Assembly: GCF_036321535.1 (NCBI RefSeq)
Contig: NC_087472.1
Location: 103,232,001-103,296,000, forward strand
Source of the DNA: Camelus dromedarius
Lineage: Eukaryota
Length of the DNA stretch: 64,000 bases
Reading direction: 5' to 3'
Positions 50,568 to 64,000 of the stretch are shown piece after piece; within the stretch, counting starts at the first letter, position 1, and each line of letters starts with the position of its first letter. The position numbers and the translations under genes were made by a program. The notes beneath the pieces are model-generated. The model was not told where the DNA came from, did no database searches, and saw only the letters and a list, made by a program, of their open reading frames with translations.

Positions 50568-50883
50568 AGGGCTGTTGTTTTGCTTCCCCATGAAACTCAA
50601 CACTTGTTTCTGTACAACTGCTGAACATCACAATTTATCAAAGGCAGATTATATATTTTGTTTCACCATTCTTCTTTTGTAGGAAATTTTAAATGTGCAT
50701 GAAATTGAAAGGCAATGAATTATACCCATGAAGACCATTGGAATCATAAGTGGTTGACCGTTCAAAATGTTCTGAAATATTTCTCTGACAACAGAGTGTG
50801 CAAGTGTAGTCATGTAGTGTTTGTAGTTATTGGTGTTAAAGTACATTAGTATTTAAGCATCTCCAGAAATAAGGTCAGACCAG

Positions 50884-50886
<3 letters not shown>

Positions 50887-50915
<29 letters not shown>
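50887..50915. repeat. (AC)n microsatellite in the CLTRN 3'UTR
   Basis: Lies between the stop codon and the poly(A) signal. Confidence 0.9.
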
Positions 50916-50918
<3 letters not shown>

Positions 50919-51228
50919 CACATTTTGAAGACCTAAGAAAATTTTTTCCAGTGGATAATGCCTATAATACAGTATATAAATCATCGACAATGGGCCCTTT
51001 TTAAATATCACTTACATCACTTTGTATATGACTAGATAAGCAAGAACAACAAGTAATTACTGTAAATGAGATGGATAAAAATGGGAGTGTTGATATACAA
51101 TGTGGAATTTGATCCTATTATCATACCAACAGTTGCTTATATATATTTTCTGACTACCAGTCTCTAATAGGGTAGCTCTATTCATTGATTATTTCCACAA
51201 TTTGTAAAAGTACAATCTATGCTAATTT

Positions 51229-51234
51229 AATAAA
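51229..51234 (+). terminator. Probable CLTRN poly(A) signal
   Basis: AATAAA about 660 nt after the stop, followed by T-rich and GT-rich sequence. Confidence 0.65.
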
Positions 51235-51662
51235 GTACTAAACATCTCTTTTTGATTAAGTGACTGATTGTGGTCTGAGATTTATTTTGACACTGCGGAA
51301 CATACTAGGCCTAATTTTTTTTTATGTTATCTTTAACCTGCTCTTCAGCCCTAGAAATGAATTCTTTTTGTTGTATGTATCCTTGCTTGAAGACACCTTG
51401 TAGTTTTTAGATGTGATTTTACTTCCAGTTAGGCCGTGTATCATTTTAACTGCTGATAATAAATATTATACATTTATTAACAGAAAGAAAATTTGCTGCT
51501 CACTCTCCCAGTGCCATCACCCATAGTTGGTGTTACAGCAGTAGTCTCTCACTCCCTTCCCTGCCTCCAGTGAATACAAACTCTAAGATGGGTCATTGCA
51601 TACACAAGGTTTACGGGGGCGTGATCTCAGGAGATACACCTGTAAGAAGTGAGGAAGGCAAG

Positions 51663-52240
51663 TGTGGCAGACAGACTCTAAGGTGTCCGCCATCTCCTGA
51701 TCACGCCTTCATATCATTCCCCCTCCTTGAGTGAGGGGACCTGTGACTTGCTTCTAATGAACAGAATACAGCAAAGGTGATGAGATGTCACTCCTATGAT
51801 TAGCTTATATTATGTCTGAGTCTGTCTTGCTAGCAGACTTGTTCTAGAGACTCTCCTTGCTGGCTTGATTAAGTGGCCATGCTGAGAAAGCCTACATGAA
51901 AGAAATTGTGAGCAGCCTCTAGAAATTGCTGGTGGCTGGCCTCTCAGCACCAAAGACAGCCTCCAACCAGCGGCCAACAAGAAGCTGCAATCCTCAGTCC
52001 TACAACCACAAGGAAATGAGTTCTGTCAACAACTGGAGTGAGTCTGGAAGCAGATTTTTCCCCAGTCAAGTCTCCAGATGAGAATGCAGTCTGGCCAACA
52101 CTTTGATTGCAGCCTAAGCAGAGGACCCAGTTAAGCTGGGGCCAGACTCCTGACCCATGGACATTGTGAGATGAGAAATGTTTGTTTTTTAAGCCACTAA
52201 GTTAGTGGTCAAGTGTTAGGCAGCAATAGGAAACTAATCA
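51663..52240 (+). mobile_element. MaLR (MLT1E/F-like) LTR, apparently nested in an older LTR
   Basis: TGTGGCAGACAGACTCTAAGG start and TTTAAGCCACTAAG...GCAGCAATAGGAAACTAAT end. Confidence 0.7.
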
Positions 52241-55054
52241 AGTAGGATCAAGCAGAGGGAGAAGTGACCAGAAATATGGTTACATCAGAGGCCTCAGCCA
52301 GTCCTTCAGGGAGCTTAGGAGCTGAGGTTGTCCCTGACTAGCTAATGTGGCTGGATCTTTGTATCTCCACATTAGCCAGGTATGGCCATGGGTGCTCTCT
52401 GGGAGAGAATCTGCCCTTGGAAAAGGCGGTTCCCTGAGGCTGAGGGCAATTCTCATCGAAGGACTCAGCTCTGAGCCTTCAAAAGCCAATATTTCCAGAA
52501 GCTAGGGATGGGTATGTGGGCCCTGAAGGGGGTGCCTGGTGGACCCCCAGGTCCATTGATTGCATTGTAGCTTGGATGAATATCCAAAATTCAAACCTGA
52601 TTCTGTGGTTTCCTAACAGAAAAGCTTTTAAAAATGGTTTCTTATTCTCTTTAGGAGAAAGCCAGATTCCTTAACACAGGGCCTGCTGCAGTTTGATTCC
52701 CACTTTCTTCTCTAACTTCATCTTTCACCCTTCTCCCCTTTCTGTCTCTCTGTCTCTCTCTCTCTCTTCCACCCAATCATAAAAGATCTCTCACTTCTCA
52801 CAGGCCTTTGACCAAGCTTTTCCCTCTCCCTGGAACACGCTGCCCTGTCTTCCAGCCATTCCTCCAGCTTGTCCTTAGAGTTTCTCTCACTTAAACCTCT
52901 CATCCTCCTAGAAGTCTTTGCTGGACCTCCAGGTTTTGTGCTCCTAGACTGCCCAGATAATGATACTCATCTCATTATGCTAGACTTGTACTACATTTAA
53001 ATGCGTTTTTGTACAAGAAGGAGACCACAAAGGCAAGAGTGCTCTGGGGCCCACCTAAGTCTTCTAATACAGCCTTGTCTCCATAAACGTTTTCATAACT
53101 CGCTTCACTTTCCTCCTACCTCTAACCAGATAGAATTAACCATTGCCTTGTAACCTCACCATATCTATACATCTTTTCAGCTAAATGATTATATTTCATT
53201 TTTTTTATTTGTTTACAATTCTGTCTTCACACTAAATGTTACGTTTTTAGTAGCAGTGTTCAAGTCACTTAGCACAGTGCCTTGTCTTCCTATTTCCTTC
53301 CCTTCCTTTCTCTCTTCCTTCTTTCTTTCCCTTAATCTGTGATGGTGAGCAAAATTGAAAACAGTCCATACCCGCATGGAGCTGAAAGTGTACATAGTCA
53401 GAGCTCAATAAATGTATGCTAATAAACAAGCAAATGAGATGGTGGCTGTTGCAAGCTCATAGTCATCCCTTCTGAGAGCAAAGCCTATGCCCTCTCTGTA
53501 CGTGGAGGAGTTTGAATTTGTGGGTGCAACTTTTTTGACTTGGGAACCATATGGTCTTTAAAATTATTAGGACTTCCTTGTTTTTAGGAGAGGAATGAGA
53601 TTTCAGTTGGCAGTATATTTTTACTAAAGAACTGTTTTCTATCTTACATCCTCTTGAGTTGTATACTCCAGAATAGGGTAGCTTTGCATATAGAATTGGT
53701 GAAACATCATCTGAATTCTGTCACTGTGCACTAGTAAGCATAATCCCAAACATGCATTCTCAAGAGGGTGGAAGTTGTTCTTGGTAGGGAGAAAAAAGTT
53801 TAGATATTACAATGATTTATAGTCCTCTGAAGGACCACTTCATAAACAGATAAAAAGTATATCTATGGTATTAAAATTTCCTATATGAGCTATTAGGAAA
53901 AAATGTCTGAGAAGTCTGAATAATGGAAAAGAAAAGAGTGAGAAATACTGATCCTAGATAAGCTTCTTATTTTGAAGGTGTGGGATGAACCAATTTGATC
54001 GCTAGATCATTTTCTTTACTGTCTGTTTATCCTGAAGCTGAAGGCATTTGTTTCACCTGCAAAGGTCTGCTCCACTAAATATCCTTGTTGGGGAAGTTTT
54101 CCATGCTAGCAGAGATGTGCTGTAAACTTGACATTCAATATAACAGCAAAATGGAGCTTACAGCCTTTGACAAATACTCTGGGTAATCAGAGAGCAGTCA
54201 ATCATCAACTGTACCTTGAATCTTTAATTTAATTATCCTGTAATGTCCCAGAAGGGGACACATTGCAAGATGATATGTACTGGAAGTAAAATGTTGTAAA
54301 GCGAGTGAAAAAACAGCTGTCACTCCAATCTCCAAGTCCTTAGCAAAAACTGTGATGAAACTGGAAAGACGGAAGCATCTGAAAATCAGGTCACTACAGA
54401 AAAAATTAGCTGAGATGATAGTAATATCTGGACTTGCTTCACAGAAGAAATGTAAATGCAAGTAACTTGTTTTTCACAAGGAGTAACCAAGATAACACAT
54501 CACTATATCAAAGAATGCAGTGAGCTCTTGCATTTAGAATGATACGTGATCAGATTCCAGATATTAATATCACCAAGTGAAGTATACACATTTATCATCC
54601 CTGGATAAGGAATAAAAAATAGGAGCGAACACAGGTTAAGAATCAAAAATAGTATAAAATCCCTCAGAGTCCAAATTCCTAGTCCTTATTTCAAAGTCAT
54701 GGGGCCCCTTAACATAGTATTTTATTTTGTTTTGCATCTTGTTTTCTTTCATAAAAAATATTACATGTCTAGTTACCTCAATTACATAAGAAAATGTATG
54801 AAAATTTTCTTTCCTTCTTTCCTACTATCCTTCCTTTGCCCTTCCCTCTGGCCCTTCCTTCCTTCCTTCCTTTCTTTCTCCCTGCCTCAAGAATTTATTG
54901 AATGGACATTCTATGTAAGATAAGATGCTAGATTCAGGAAATAAAATTTCCTAGAAGGGACGTGTTCATTATTTATGATATGGTTAAGTTTATTACTAAG
55001 AATACCATTCTCTTTTAGGATATTTTGGTTTGAATAAGTGAATAATTTCTAGGG

Positions 55055-55455
55055 TTTTTTTTACATTTTTTTTATTGAGCTATGGTCATTTTACAATGTT
55101 GTATCAAATTCCAGTGTAGAGCACAATTTTTCAGCTACGCATGAACATACATATATTCATTGTCACATTTTTGTTCACTGTGAGCTACCACCAGATCTTG
55201 TATATATTTCCCTGTGCTATACAGTATAATCTTGTTTATCTATTCTGCATATGCCCGTCAGTATCTACAAATTTTGAAATCCCAGTCTGTCCCTTCCCAC
55301 CCCCCGCCCCCTTGGCAACCACAAGTTTGTATTCTATGTCCATGAGTCTGTTTCTGTTTTGTATTTATGTTCTTTTTATTTTTTCAGATTCCACATATGA
55401 GTGATCTCATATGGTATTTTTCTTTCTATTTCTGGCTTACTTCACTTAGAATGAC
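55055..55455 (-). mobile_element. 5'-truncated young L1 3' end
   Basis: Nearly the same sequence as the L1 3' end at about 60520-60885. Confidence 0.85.
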
Positions 55456-58400
55456 GTATTGAGTTCTTTTGCTCTTTGTTTTCACAGCATTGTTTGAAAA
55501 TGAATTTTATATTATTTATGGGCAGAGACTATGGGCCAACTTATAAAGCACAGCATTAGTCTCCTCTTTATTATAACCGAGTAGGGGTGCACATAGTTGG
55601 TACAAGTCTCTATCATGGTACTGGGCAGTAGGGGAGAGTTTGGCCAGCAAAGAATGACAGCTGTGTCCCTAGATGTAATTTTTCCATTGTTCCCCCTAGA
55701 TGTTGCTTCTATTTTTTTGAAAATTAGTGAACATGTGACAATAATATGGGTGTTGGGTGTTGGATGAAGGGAGACTTTTAATAAGATGCAGAGAAAGTGA
55801 TCCTAGGATTTTTTCAAGTATCAGATATCTCTTGACCCAATCTGAAAGTCGATTTCCAGAACAACAGGGCTAGGTCATATCCAAGACCACTGGAAAGGGT
55901 GGAACCAGAACTCCTGAGAATGGCATAGAACTAGGTGAGCACTAGCCACCATGGGCAGGCAAGTGTAGAAGGTGCCACTGTCAGGGGCCTTGCTGCAGTG
56001 AACAACTGGCCCCTTTTGCAAAACTTAGTAAAAGTTCAATGAAGACTCATGTGTTGATCACTCCTGGAATTCATTTGTCCTTCTAAATGATTAGTTCCTA
56101 GCCCATCATAACTAGTGAACACTGAAGAAGTGTGGCAATACTCAGTTCGTATCAAGGTTGCATTTGAAAACTTAAGAGGGTGAACCAGGTAAAATTGCTG
56201 CTGTGCATTCATTTTTGACCTACAGAAAAAGGCAATTTCCTGTAGTTTAAGCTATTAGTTTGCTAGTCAATTCTTTGGAATTTAGGAAAGATGTTCCCCT
56301 TGTAAATAGGTCATACATGCTAAGACAGCCTTCAGGCCAGCTCACAGGAAAGTATTAACTCATGATGTAGCTGAATTATTGTACGTTATGATGTAAAATA
56401 TTAGAAGACAAACTGTCATAATGCTAGCAATTTAATAGAAACAAACCAAAAAATGAAGACAATTTAATAAGAACCAACTTTGATTGTATTTTATTGTCAG
56501 TGCTTGAGGGCAAGGAGGTTTTAATGGAAGGATAAGGAAGTACATGGAACTAGTAAAAGGAATTTTCCTCTGAAGACCCTCTAAAGGATGTTGATCCTGG
56601 CTAATTAAAAATTAGGTCTGTATTCACTGTCTTGGCTTAAAATTGATAGTGAAACGTCTCAACTTGAGGCCATAAAGAGGAATAAGGGTTTATTTAAGGG
56701 AAATATTTTACTATATGAATGATTCATAGCTACAATGGCTTAATCTCAGAAGTAGATACCTACCCATCTAATAAGACAGCTACACATAGATCAAACATCT
56801 ATTTGAATTTTCAACCCAAATAAATTTTTTTAAAAAAACACTACAAAACTCTGCCAGTGTAATTGCAAGGAAAAAGACTTTCAAGTATGTACACACGACT
56901 TCTAGCCCCAGCAATGCCTCATTTTCCCCCAGAGGATATAATCCTGTATAATCCCTGAAGAGACAGAGACAGAGAGACAGAGAGAGGGAAACTTGTGGTA
57001 ACTTGGCTATTTTTCCCAGTGTTAATTAACTTCAATTCAGTTAGTAATGATGATCATGGTTTTAAATGATTACTCTTTCTTTTGGCTCGCTATCACTGAA
57101 CCAGTTGACATTTGTTGAATCAATTAGTCTCCCAACCAGTTCAGTTAAAAAATTCTATATGACTGGATTGACAAGCTGTTTTGTTGAATAAACTAGTCAA
57201 TATGGTAGAACTTTGTGCATCCAGTCAAATTCTAATGATACTGAGACTTTCCTGTATTGAAGATGAGTGCCTGTGGCTTGTCTGCCAGGTATGTGGGGAT
57301 GAGTCACCCATCCTATTTCTTCATTCCTTGAAGTTCTTACAAGCAAAGTCTCAAAGGTCCCTGGGAGGACAGGGCCACAAGCCAGCAGTAGAACAATTCA
57401 TCCCTATGATAAGGCTTTTGGCTTTTAGTTATCACAATTCCAGGTAATCTAACATGCTTTCTGAAGGACTAAAAATTTAAACCAATAAATGCAGGAACTA
57501 AAATCTGTTTGCTCCAAAGTCACAGAGGCTTGCCAATGTTAATATCTTTGCCATCATTCCAAGGGTGGCTGAGGCTTATATTAAATTCTCATCACTTATT
57601 ATAGTATTTGCTTGCTAGATTATCATCTACTTAGCTATAAAGGGGAATACCAAGGTTCATTTTAGTAGAACAGTGATTACAGAAAGACTCACGTTACAGT
57701 TTCAGACGTAGTGCCTTGACACAGCACGTTCCAATAGATAAGGAAAAAAAGCCACCTAGAAAACTTCCCCAAGGATTATCAGGAATCCTTCGGAGAGAAT
57801 TGTGAGTGTGTAGGGGCTGGAAATCAGTATACTTGGCAATTTTTCTCAGAGTTTTGTAGTTCTTTTTTACTTTGTGTTGAAAACCCAAACAGATGCCTTT
57901 CATATCTATGTATTCCCATTCATCCCCTCCCTGCCAGATCTGTTTCTTTCCAGATAGATAGGTTGTCTTAAGATTTAGTCATTGTCGATATGAATATCCA
58001 TATTGTAAATATTTTCCCTCAATAAATTTTTTTTCTTTTCTTTGTGGACTCAAGTTAAATTGTTTTAATATCATTTTATCTGAAGAATAAATGTTTCAGT
58101 CACAAGGTTCATTTTATTCACTAATTTTTATTGCTTCTCATTATTTTATTCAAAGGCAAGTATTACTAAACCTACTTAACAAAAGAAATGGCTGAGTGAA
58201 TTTAAATATCCTGCCTGAAATCATACAGCATTTTAAAATGTTCACACATTATTAGAGGGTTCGCAGCGACTGATTCTTTTAGTTACCATATTTTAAGTAT
58301 TACTATTCTATGTTTAGCTTATCTCCATTTAAAAAGTACTTTGTCATTAAGTCCTCTTCCTGGAATAACTTGAACATGTCAGCTATGCCATGCCATGTGT

Positions 58401-59255
58401 GTCCTCAGTGCAGGACAAGAACTGGGACTGGGGTGCCTGAAACCCCATGACTGAGTAATGTGCAAGGTGGTTGCTAGGATTATTCTCGATCCAAACCGAA
58501 TGCAGCACCACAGGCAGTGGCATAGAGAGAAATCAGAATCTTAAACAGATTGAACGTGTTTGACCACTGGAAAATTTTACAAATGAGGATTATCTTTTTG
58601 CTTCAGCGTTTGTATAGCACTTTGGATAATTGTTGACTTTCCCTGTGATATGCTTGATTTAGGTCATTTGCTGTTTATACGTGGCATAGGAGTAATGAAG
58701 GACACGTTTTAGAGGCTCTGGTAAAACTGCAAGCAGGACTGCAGCTTTCCTCATCCTATAGTGAGCCAGACTTAAATGGAGGAAGAAAACCCTGACGTAT
58801 CCTGTTAAAACAGAAAGTCAGACCATATCATTCCTTTACTTAAACTGCTCCATGCCTACCCATCTCTTTCCAAGTAGACTCCAACCTCTCTCAGTGGTGA
58901 CGAGGCCCTACACCATCTGCCCTCAGCCCCTGTACACCTCCTGCTATTTTTCATTATACACATTATCATGCATAAAGCTGGAGGAATAGTATAATGAACA
59001 TCCATTTATCTACCATCTAGATCTAACCATTCAAAACTGAAATTATAAGGGGCTGGGAGAGATGGGATCCTGAGAGGGTTGGAAATGAGAGAGGACCCAC
59101 TGGGTCAGGCTGTTAGAGATGTAATGGAGGATGGGCTAGGCTGCCTGTTAAACCGAGGTCCTTACACAGGAGTGGGACGTAGGGGTGAGGAGGGGAAGGG
59201 AGAAGAAGCCTCATTTGGGCTGTGATTGGCACTCTTTTTCCCAGAGCAGCATTTG

Positions 59256-62200
59256 GTTTCGTTTGTTTGTTCATTTCCCAGCTTTATAGAGATATAATTG
59301 TCAAATAACATTGTGTAAGTTTAAAGTGTACAACATGTTGATTTGATATAGATTGCAAAACAATTACCACCATAGTGTTAGCTAACACTTCCATCACATC
59401 ACATAATTACCATCTCCTGTTTTGTGGTGAGAACATTTGAGATTTATTCTTAGCAACTTTGAAGTATATAATACAGTATCATTAACTATAATCACCATGT
59501 TTCACATTAAATCTCCAAAGCTTATTCATCTTATAACTGGAAGTTTGTACCCTTTGACCAACATCTCCCATTTCCCCCTCTCCTCAGCCCCTGGTAACCA
59601 CCACTCTAATCTCTGTTTTCATGAGTTTGGCTTTTTTACATTCCACGTATAAGTGAGATCATGCAGTATTCATCTTTGTCTGTTTGCCATATTTGACTAA
59701 GCATAATGCTCTCAAGCTTGACCCATGCTGTCACAAATGGCAGAATTTCTTTTTTTTTTCATGGTCGTAATAGTTCATTTTATATATATATAAATACACA
59801 CACATATATGCATATATATACACACATTATATGTATAATATATATATATATATACACACACACATGTTATATATATAACGAACTTCATTGGGGTAAAATT
59901 GACATATAACATTGTGTAAGTTTAAGGTGTATAATGTAATGATTTGTTATATGTATATACTGCAAAGTAATTACCATGATAAGGTTAGTTAACACATCCA
60001 TCACCTTTCATAGTTACAGTGGTTTTTTTTGTGGTGAGAACTTATAAAATCTACTCTTTTCCCAAACTTCAAACACACAATACGGTATTGTTAACTATAG
60101 TCACTGTACTATACACTACATTCCCAGAACTTTTTATCCATTCATCCATCAGTAGACACTTAGGTTGTGTCCAAATCCTGGCTGTTATGAATAATGCTGC
60201 AATAAACACAGGAGTGCAGATATCTCCTCAAGATTCTGTTTTCATTTCCTTTGGATATATACCCAGAAGTGGGATTGTTGGATCATATGGTACCTGTATT
60301 TTTTAATTTTTTGAGGAATCTCCATACTGATTTCCATAATGGCTGTACCATTTTACATTCTCACCGACAGTGTACCATCCTCACCAATACTTATCTTTTA
60401 TCTTTTTGATGATATCCATTTGAACAGGTGTGAGGTGATATTGTGGTTTTGGTCTGCATTTCCTTTTTTTTTCTTTTTCTTTCTTTTTTATTTTATTTTA
60501 TTTTATTTTATTTTACATTTTTAATTGAGTAATAGTCATTTTACAATGTTGTGTCAAATTCTAGTGTAGAGCACAATTTTTCAGCCATACATGAACATAT
60601 ATATATTCATTGTCACTTTTTTTTTTCACCGTGAGCTACCACAAGATCTTGTATGTATTTTCCTGTGCTATACAGTATAATCTTGTTTATCTATTCTGCA
60701 TTTTAAAATCCCAGTCTGTCCCTTCCCACCCCCCACCCCCTTGGCAACCACAAGTTTGTATTCTATGTCTATGAGTCTGTTTCTGTTTTGTATTTCTGTT
60801 TTGTTTTTTTTTTTTTTTGATTCCTCACATGAGCGATCTCATATGGTATTTTTCTTTCTCTTTCTGGCTTACCCCACCTAGAATGACACTCTCCAGGAAC
60901 ATCAATGCTGCTGCAAATGGCGTTATGTTGTCAGTTTTTGTGGCTGAATAGTATTCCATTGTATAAATATACCACATATTCTCTACTCAGTCATCTGTTG
61001 ATGGACATTTAGGCTGTTTCCATGTCTTGACTATTGTAAATAGTGCTGCTATGAACATTGGGGTGCAGGTGTCATTTTGAAGTAGGGTCCTTCTGGATAT
61101 ATGCCCAGGAGCAGGATTCCTGGGTCATATGGTAAGTCTATTCCTAGTCTTTTGAGGAATCGCCATACTGTTTTCCACAGTGGTTGCACCAAACTGCATT
61201 CCCACTAGCAGTGTAGGAGGGTTCCCTTTTCTCCATAGCCTCTCCAGCATTTGTCATTTGTGGACTTTTGAATGATGTCCATTCTGGCTGGTGTGAGGTG
61301 AACCCTCACTGTAGTTTTGATTTGCATTTCTCTGATAATTAGTGATACTGAGCATTCTTTCATGTGCCTATTGATCGTTTGTATTTCTTCCTTGGAGAAT
61401 TGCTTGTTTAGGTCTTCTGCCCATTTTTGGGTTGGGTTGTTTGTTTTTCTGTTTGATCTGCATTTCCTGATGTTTAGTGATATTAAGTACCTTTTCATGT
61501 ACCTATTGGCCATTTGTATGGGGGTTTTTTTTGGGGGGGGGGAATATCTTTAAAAAGTTATTGATGTGTTGTGTTTCCATTGTCCTTTGTTTCAAGATAT
61601 TTTTGGATTTCCCTTGTGATTTCTTCTTTGACTTATTGGTTGTTCAGGAGTGTGTTGTTTAATTCCACATATTTATGAAATTTCCAACTTTCTTCCTATT
61701 TTTGATTTCTAGTTTAATACCATCATTGTTGGAAAAGATAGTTGGTATGATTTCAGTCTTCTAAAATTTGCCAAGACTTGTTTTGTGACCTGTCATATGA
61801 TATATCCTGGAGAGTATTTCATGTGCTCTTGAGAAGAATGTGTATTCAGCTTCTTTGGATGGAATGTTCTATGTATGTCTATTTGGTTCCTTTGATCCAA
61901 AGTATGATTCAAGTTCAGTGTTTCCTTGTTGATCTTCTGTTTGGATGATCTATCCTTTGCTGAAAGTGGGGTATTGAAATCCTCTACTATTATTATATTA
62001 TTGTCTATTTCTTCAAATCTATATTTGCTTAATATATTTAGGAACTCCAATGTTGGGTGTGAGATATTTACAATTGTCATATCTTCTTGATGAATTGACC
62101 CTTTTATCAATATATAGTGACCTTCTTTGTCTCTTGTTATCATTTTTTACTTAAAGTGTACTTTTTTTCTAATATTAGTATAGCCACCCCTGTTCTCTTT

Positions 62201-63430
62201 TGGTTTCCACTTGCATGAATTATCTTTTCTCATTCCTTCACTTTGTATATCCTTAAAGCTGAAATGAGTCTCTTGTAGGCAGTATATATTGGGTCTTGTT
62301 TTTTTAGCTACTCTGTGTCTTTTGATTGGAGAATTTAATTTATTTACATTTACATTTACAGTAATTATTGATAGGTAAGGTCTTACTAATGGCATCTTAT
62401 TCATTGATTTCTGGCTGTTTTATAGTTCTCTTATTCCTTTATTCCACTCTTGCTGCCTTCCATTATGAACTGATGATTTTCCATATTGTATGCTTTGATT
62501 CCTTTCTCTTTATCTTTTGTGAATCTACTGTAGGTTTTTGTTTTGTGGTTACCATGAGGCTTGCATATTATGGCTATAACAGAATATTTTATGGTGATAA
62601 AATATCAAAGTTTAACTGATCATGTATAAAAACTCTCCCCTTTTACCTTTTTGATGTCAGAATTTATATATTTTATATTGTATATTCATAACCAAATTAT
62701 TGAAGCTAAGCTATTTTAAATAATTTTGTCTTTTAACCTTTATACTAGAGTTAAGTGGTTAACATACCACCATATTATAGTGTTAGAGTATTCTGAATCT
62801 GACTATATACTTACCTTTACCAATGTGTTATATATTTTCATGCTATTAATTAGCACTCTTTCATTTCAACTTGAAGGATTCCTTTCAGCATTTCCTGTAA
62901 GGCAGGTCTGGTGGTGATGAGCTTCCTCAATCTTTGTTTGTTAGGGAATCTTTATCTCATCTCTATTTTTGAAGGACAACTTTGCTGGGTAATGTATTCT
63001 TGGCTGACTTTTTTTTTTCCTTTCAGCACTTTGAGTATATCATCCGATTTTCTTTCCCAGCCTGCAAGGTTTTTGCTGAAAAATATGATTATGGCCTAAT
63101 GGAAGAGTTTCCTTTACAAGAGAAAATTTTTTTCTCTTGCTGCTTTAAAAATTCTCTTTGACTTTAATTTAGAAAGTTTTATTATAATGTGTCTTGGAGA
63201 AGATTGTTTTGGATTTAAATTTTGGGGTGACCTATTAGCTTCAAAAACTTGGATGTCTATATCTCTCCCCAGGTTTGGGAAGTTCTCATCCATTATTTCT
63301 TTAAGTAAGCATTCTACTTCTTTCCCCCTCTCTTTTCCTTCTGGAATGCCAGCGATATAGACATTATCTCTCTTAATGCTGTCCCATTAGTCCTGTAAGC
63401 ATTTTTCATTCCTTTTTGTTATTTTTTCTC
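59256..63430 (-). mobile_element. Composite L1: older, internally deleted element with nested insertions
   Basis: L1 3' end, ORF2 endonuclease remnants (RDKEGHYILIKGSIHQED; LNSPIKRHR...CLQETH) and an ORF1-side region. Flanked by the 19-bp direct repeat TTTCCCAGAGCAGCATTTG (59237-59255 and 63431-63449). Confidence 0.85.
60465..61456 (-). mobile_element. Young L1 nested in the older L1
   Basis: TSD TCTGCATTTCCT at 60453-60464 and 61457-61468; long T-rich tail. Confidence 0.85.
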
Positions 63431-64000
63431 TTTCCCAGAGCAGCATTTGACTGGAGCTCTGCCCATCTATGTCCTCCCCCTCAGTCAAGGCCATATCCAA
63501 ACCCTCCTCAGCCTATGAAGACTTCCAGAGACAAAGATTACACAACACCCTTCAACAGCCTATGTCAGTGTTCACAATTGTCAAGTGATTCTCCCTTAAG
63601 ACTAAACTTGAACTTTTGCCATGTCCCTTCAGCACATTTCCTCCTGTTCTTTTCTTGGGAAAGACAGAGCTGTCTGGATAATATCTCCTACATATTGACG
63701 TCAACAAATTTCAAGGCAGAAGTACTACATCATTTTCATCTATTTTTAAAAATCATAATTATCTTCTTCTTTGACAATCTTACTAGCTCTTTTGAACTTT
63801 ACCAGATCCCATGGAAAGAGGCAGGAGTTGAAATGGAAAAGACACTGACAGGTTAAACCCCAGTTCTCTTACTGGGTGACATATAGCTAGTTACTGATCT
63901 TGCTGAGTGTTTGAAAAGTAACAACTTCCACAAAGGTGGTTGTGAACACTCAGCAAACGATATACATTGGTGCCCTGCACACAGTTGTCAGTTTTTGCCT

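Noticed and set aside
54198..54465. Short open frames on both strands
   Set aside because: No convincing start or splice context; possibly an ancient CR1/L3 relic, which I cannot confirm.
51300..64000. ACE2 exons
   Set aside because: No ACE2 signal peptide or peptidase sequence found; the gene presumably starts beyond the window.

Overview
This is mammalian genomic DNA, most likely camelid: it carries a tRNA-derived SINE resembling the camelid Vic-1 family. It covers the CA5B-CLTRN interval, which is X-linked and lies next to ACE2 in other mammals; no ACE2 exon was found. On the minus strand are the CpG-island promoter, a predicted exon 1 and the first coding exon of CA5B (mitochondrial carbonic anhydrase VB). 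On the plus strand is a complete six-exon CLTRN/TMEM27 (collectrin) gene, 669 nt of CDS encoding 222 aa, with an HNF1 site in its promoter. The most notable item is an intact, intronless, CpG-rich POM121L12-like gene (220 aa) lying antisense in CLTRN intron 3. It has a strong Kozak start, its own poly(A) signal, a CRE-like upstream motif and an N-myristoylation-like N-terminus built by a 12-bp triplication. Other points of interest are a long out-of-frame ORF overlapping the CA5B start, a near full-length Tigger1 fossil and several unusual L1 structures (5'/3' fusion mini-element, twin-priming inversion, ultra-short insertions with TSDs, nested composite). All calls were made by eye. Repeat family names and boundaries are approximate, and homology statements come from recalled sequences, not database searches.
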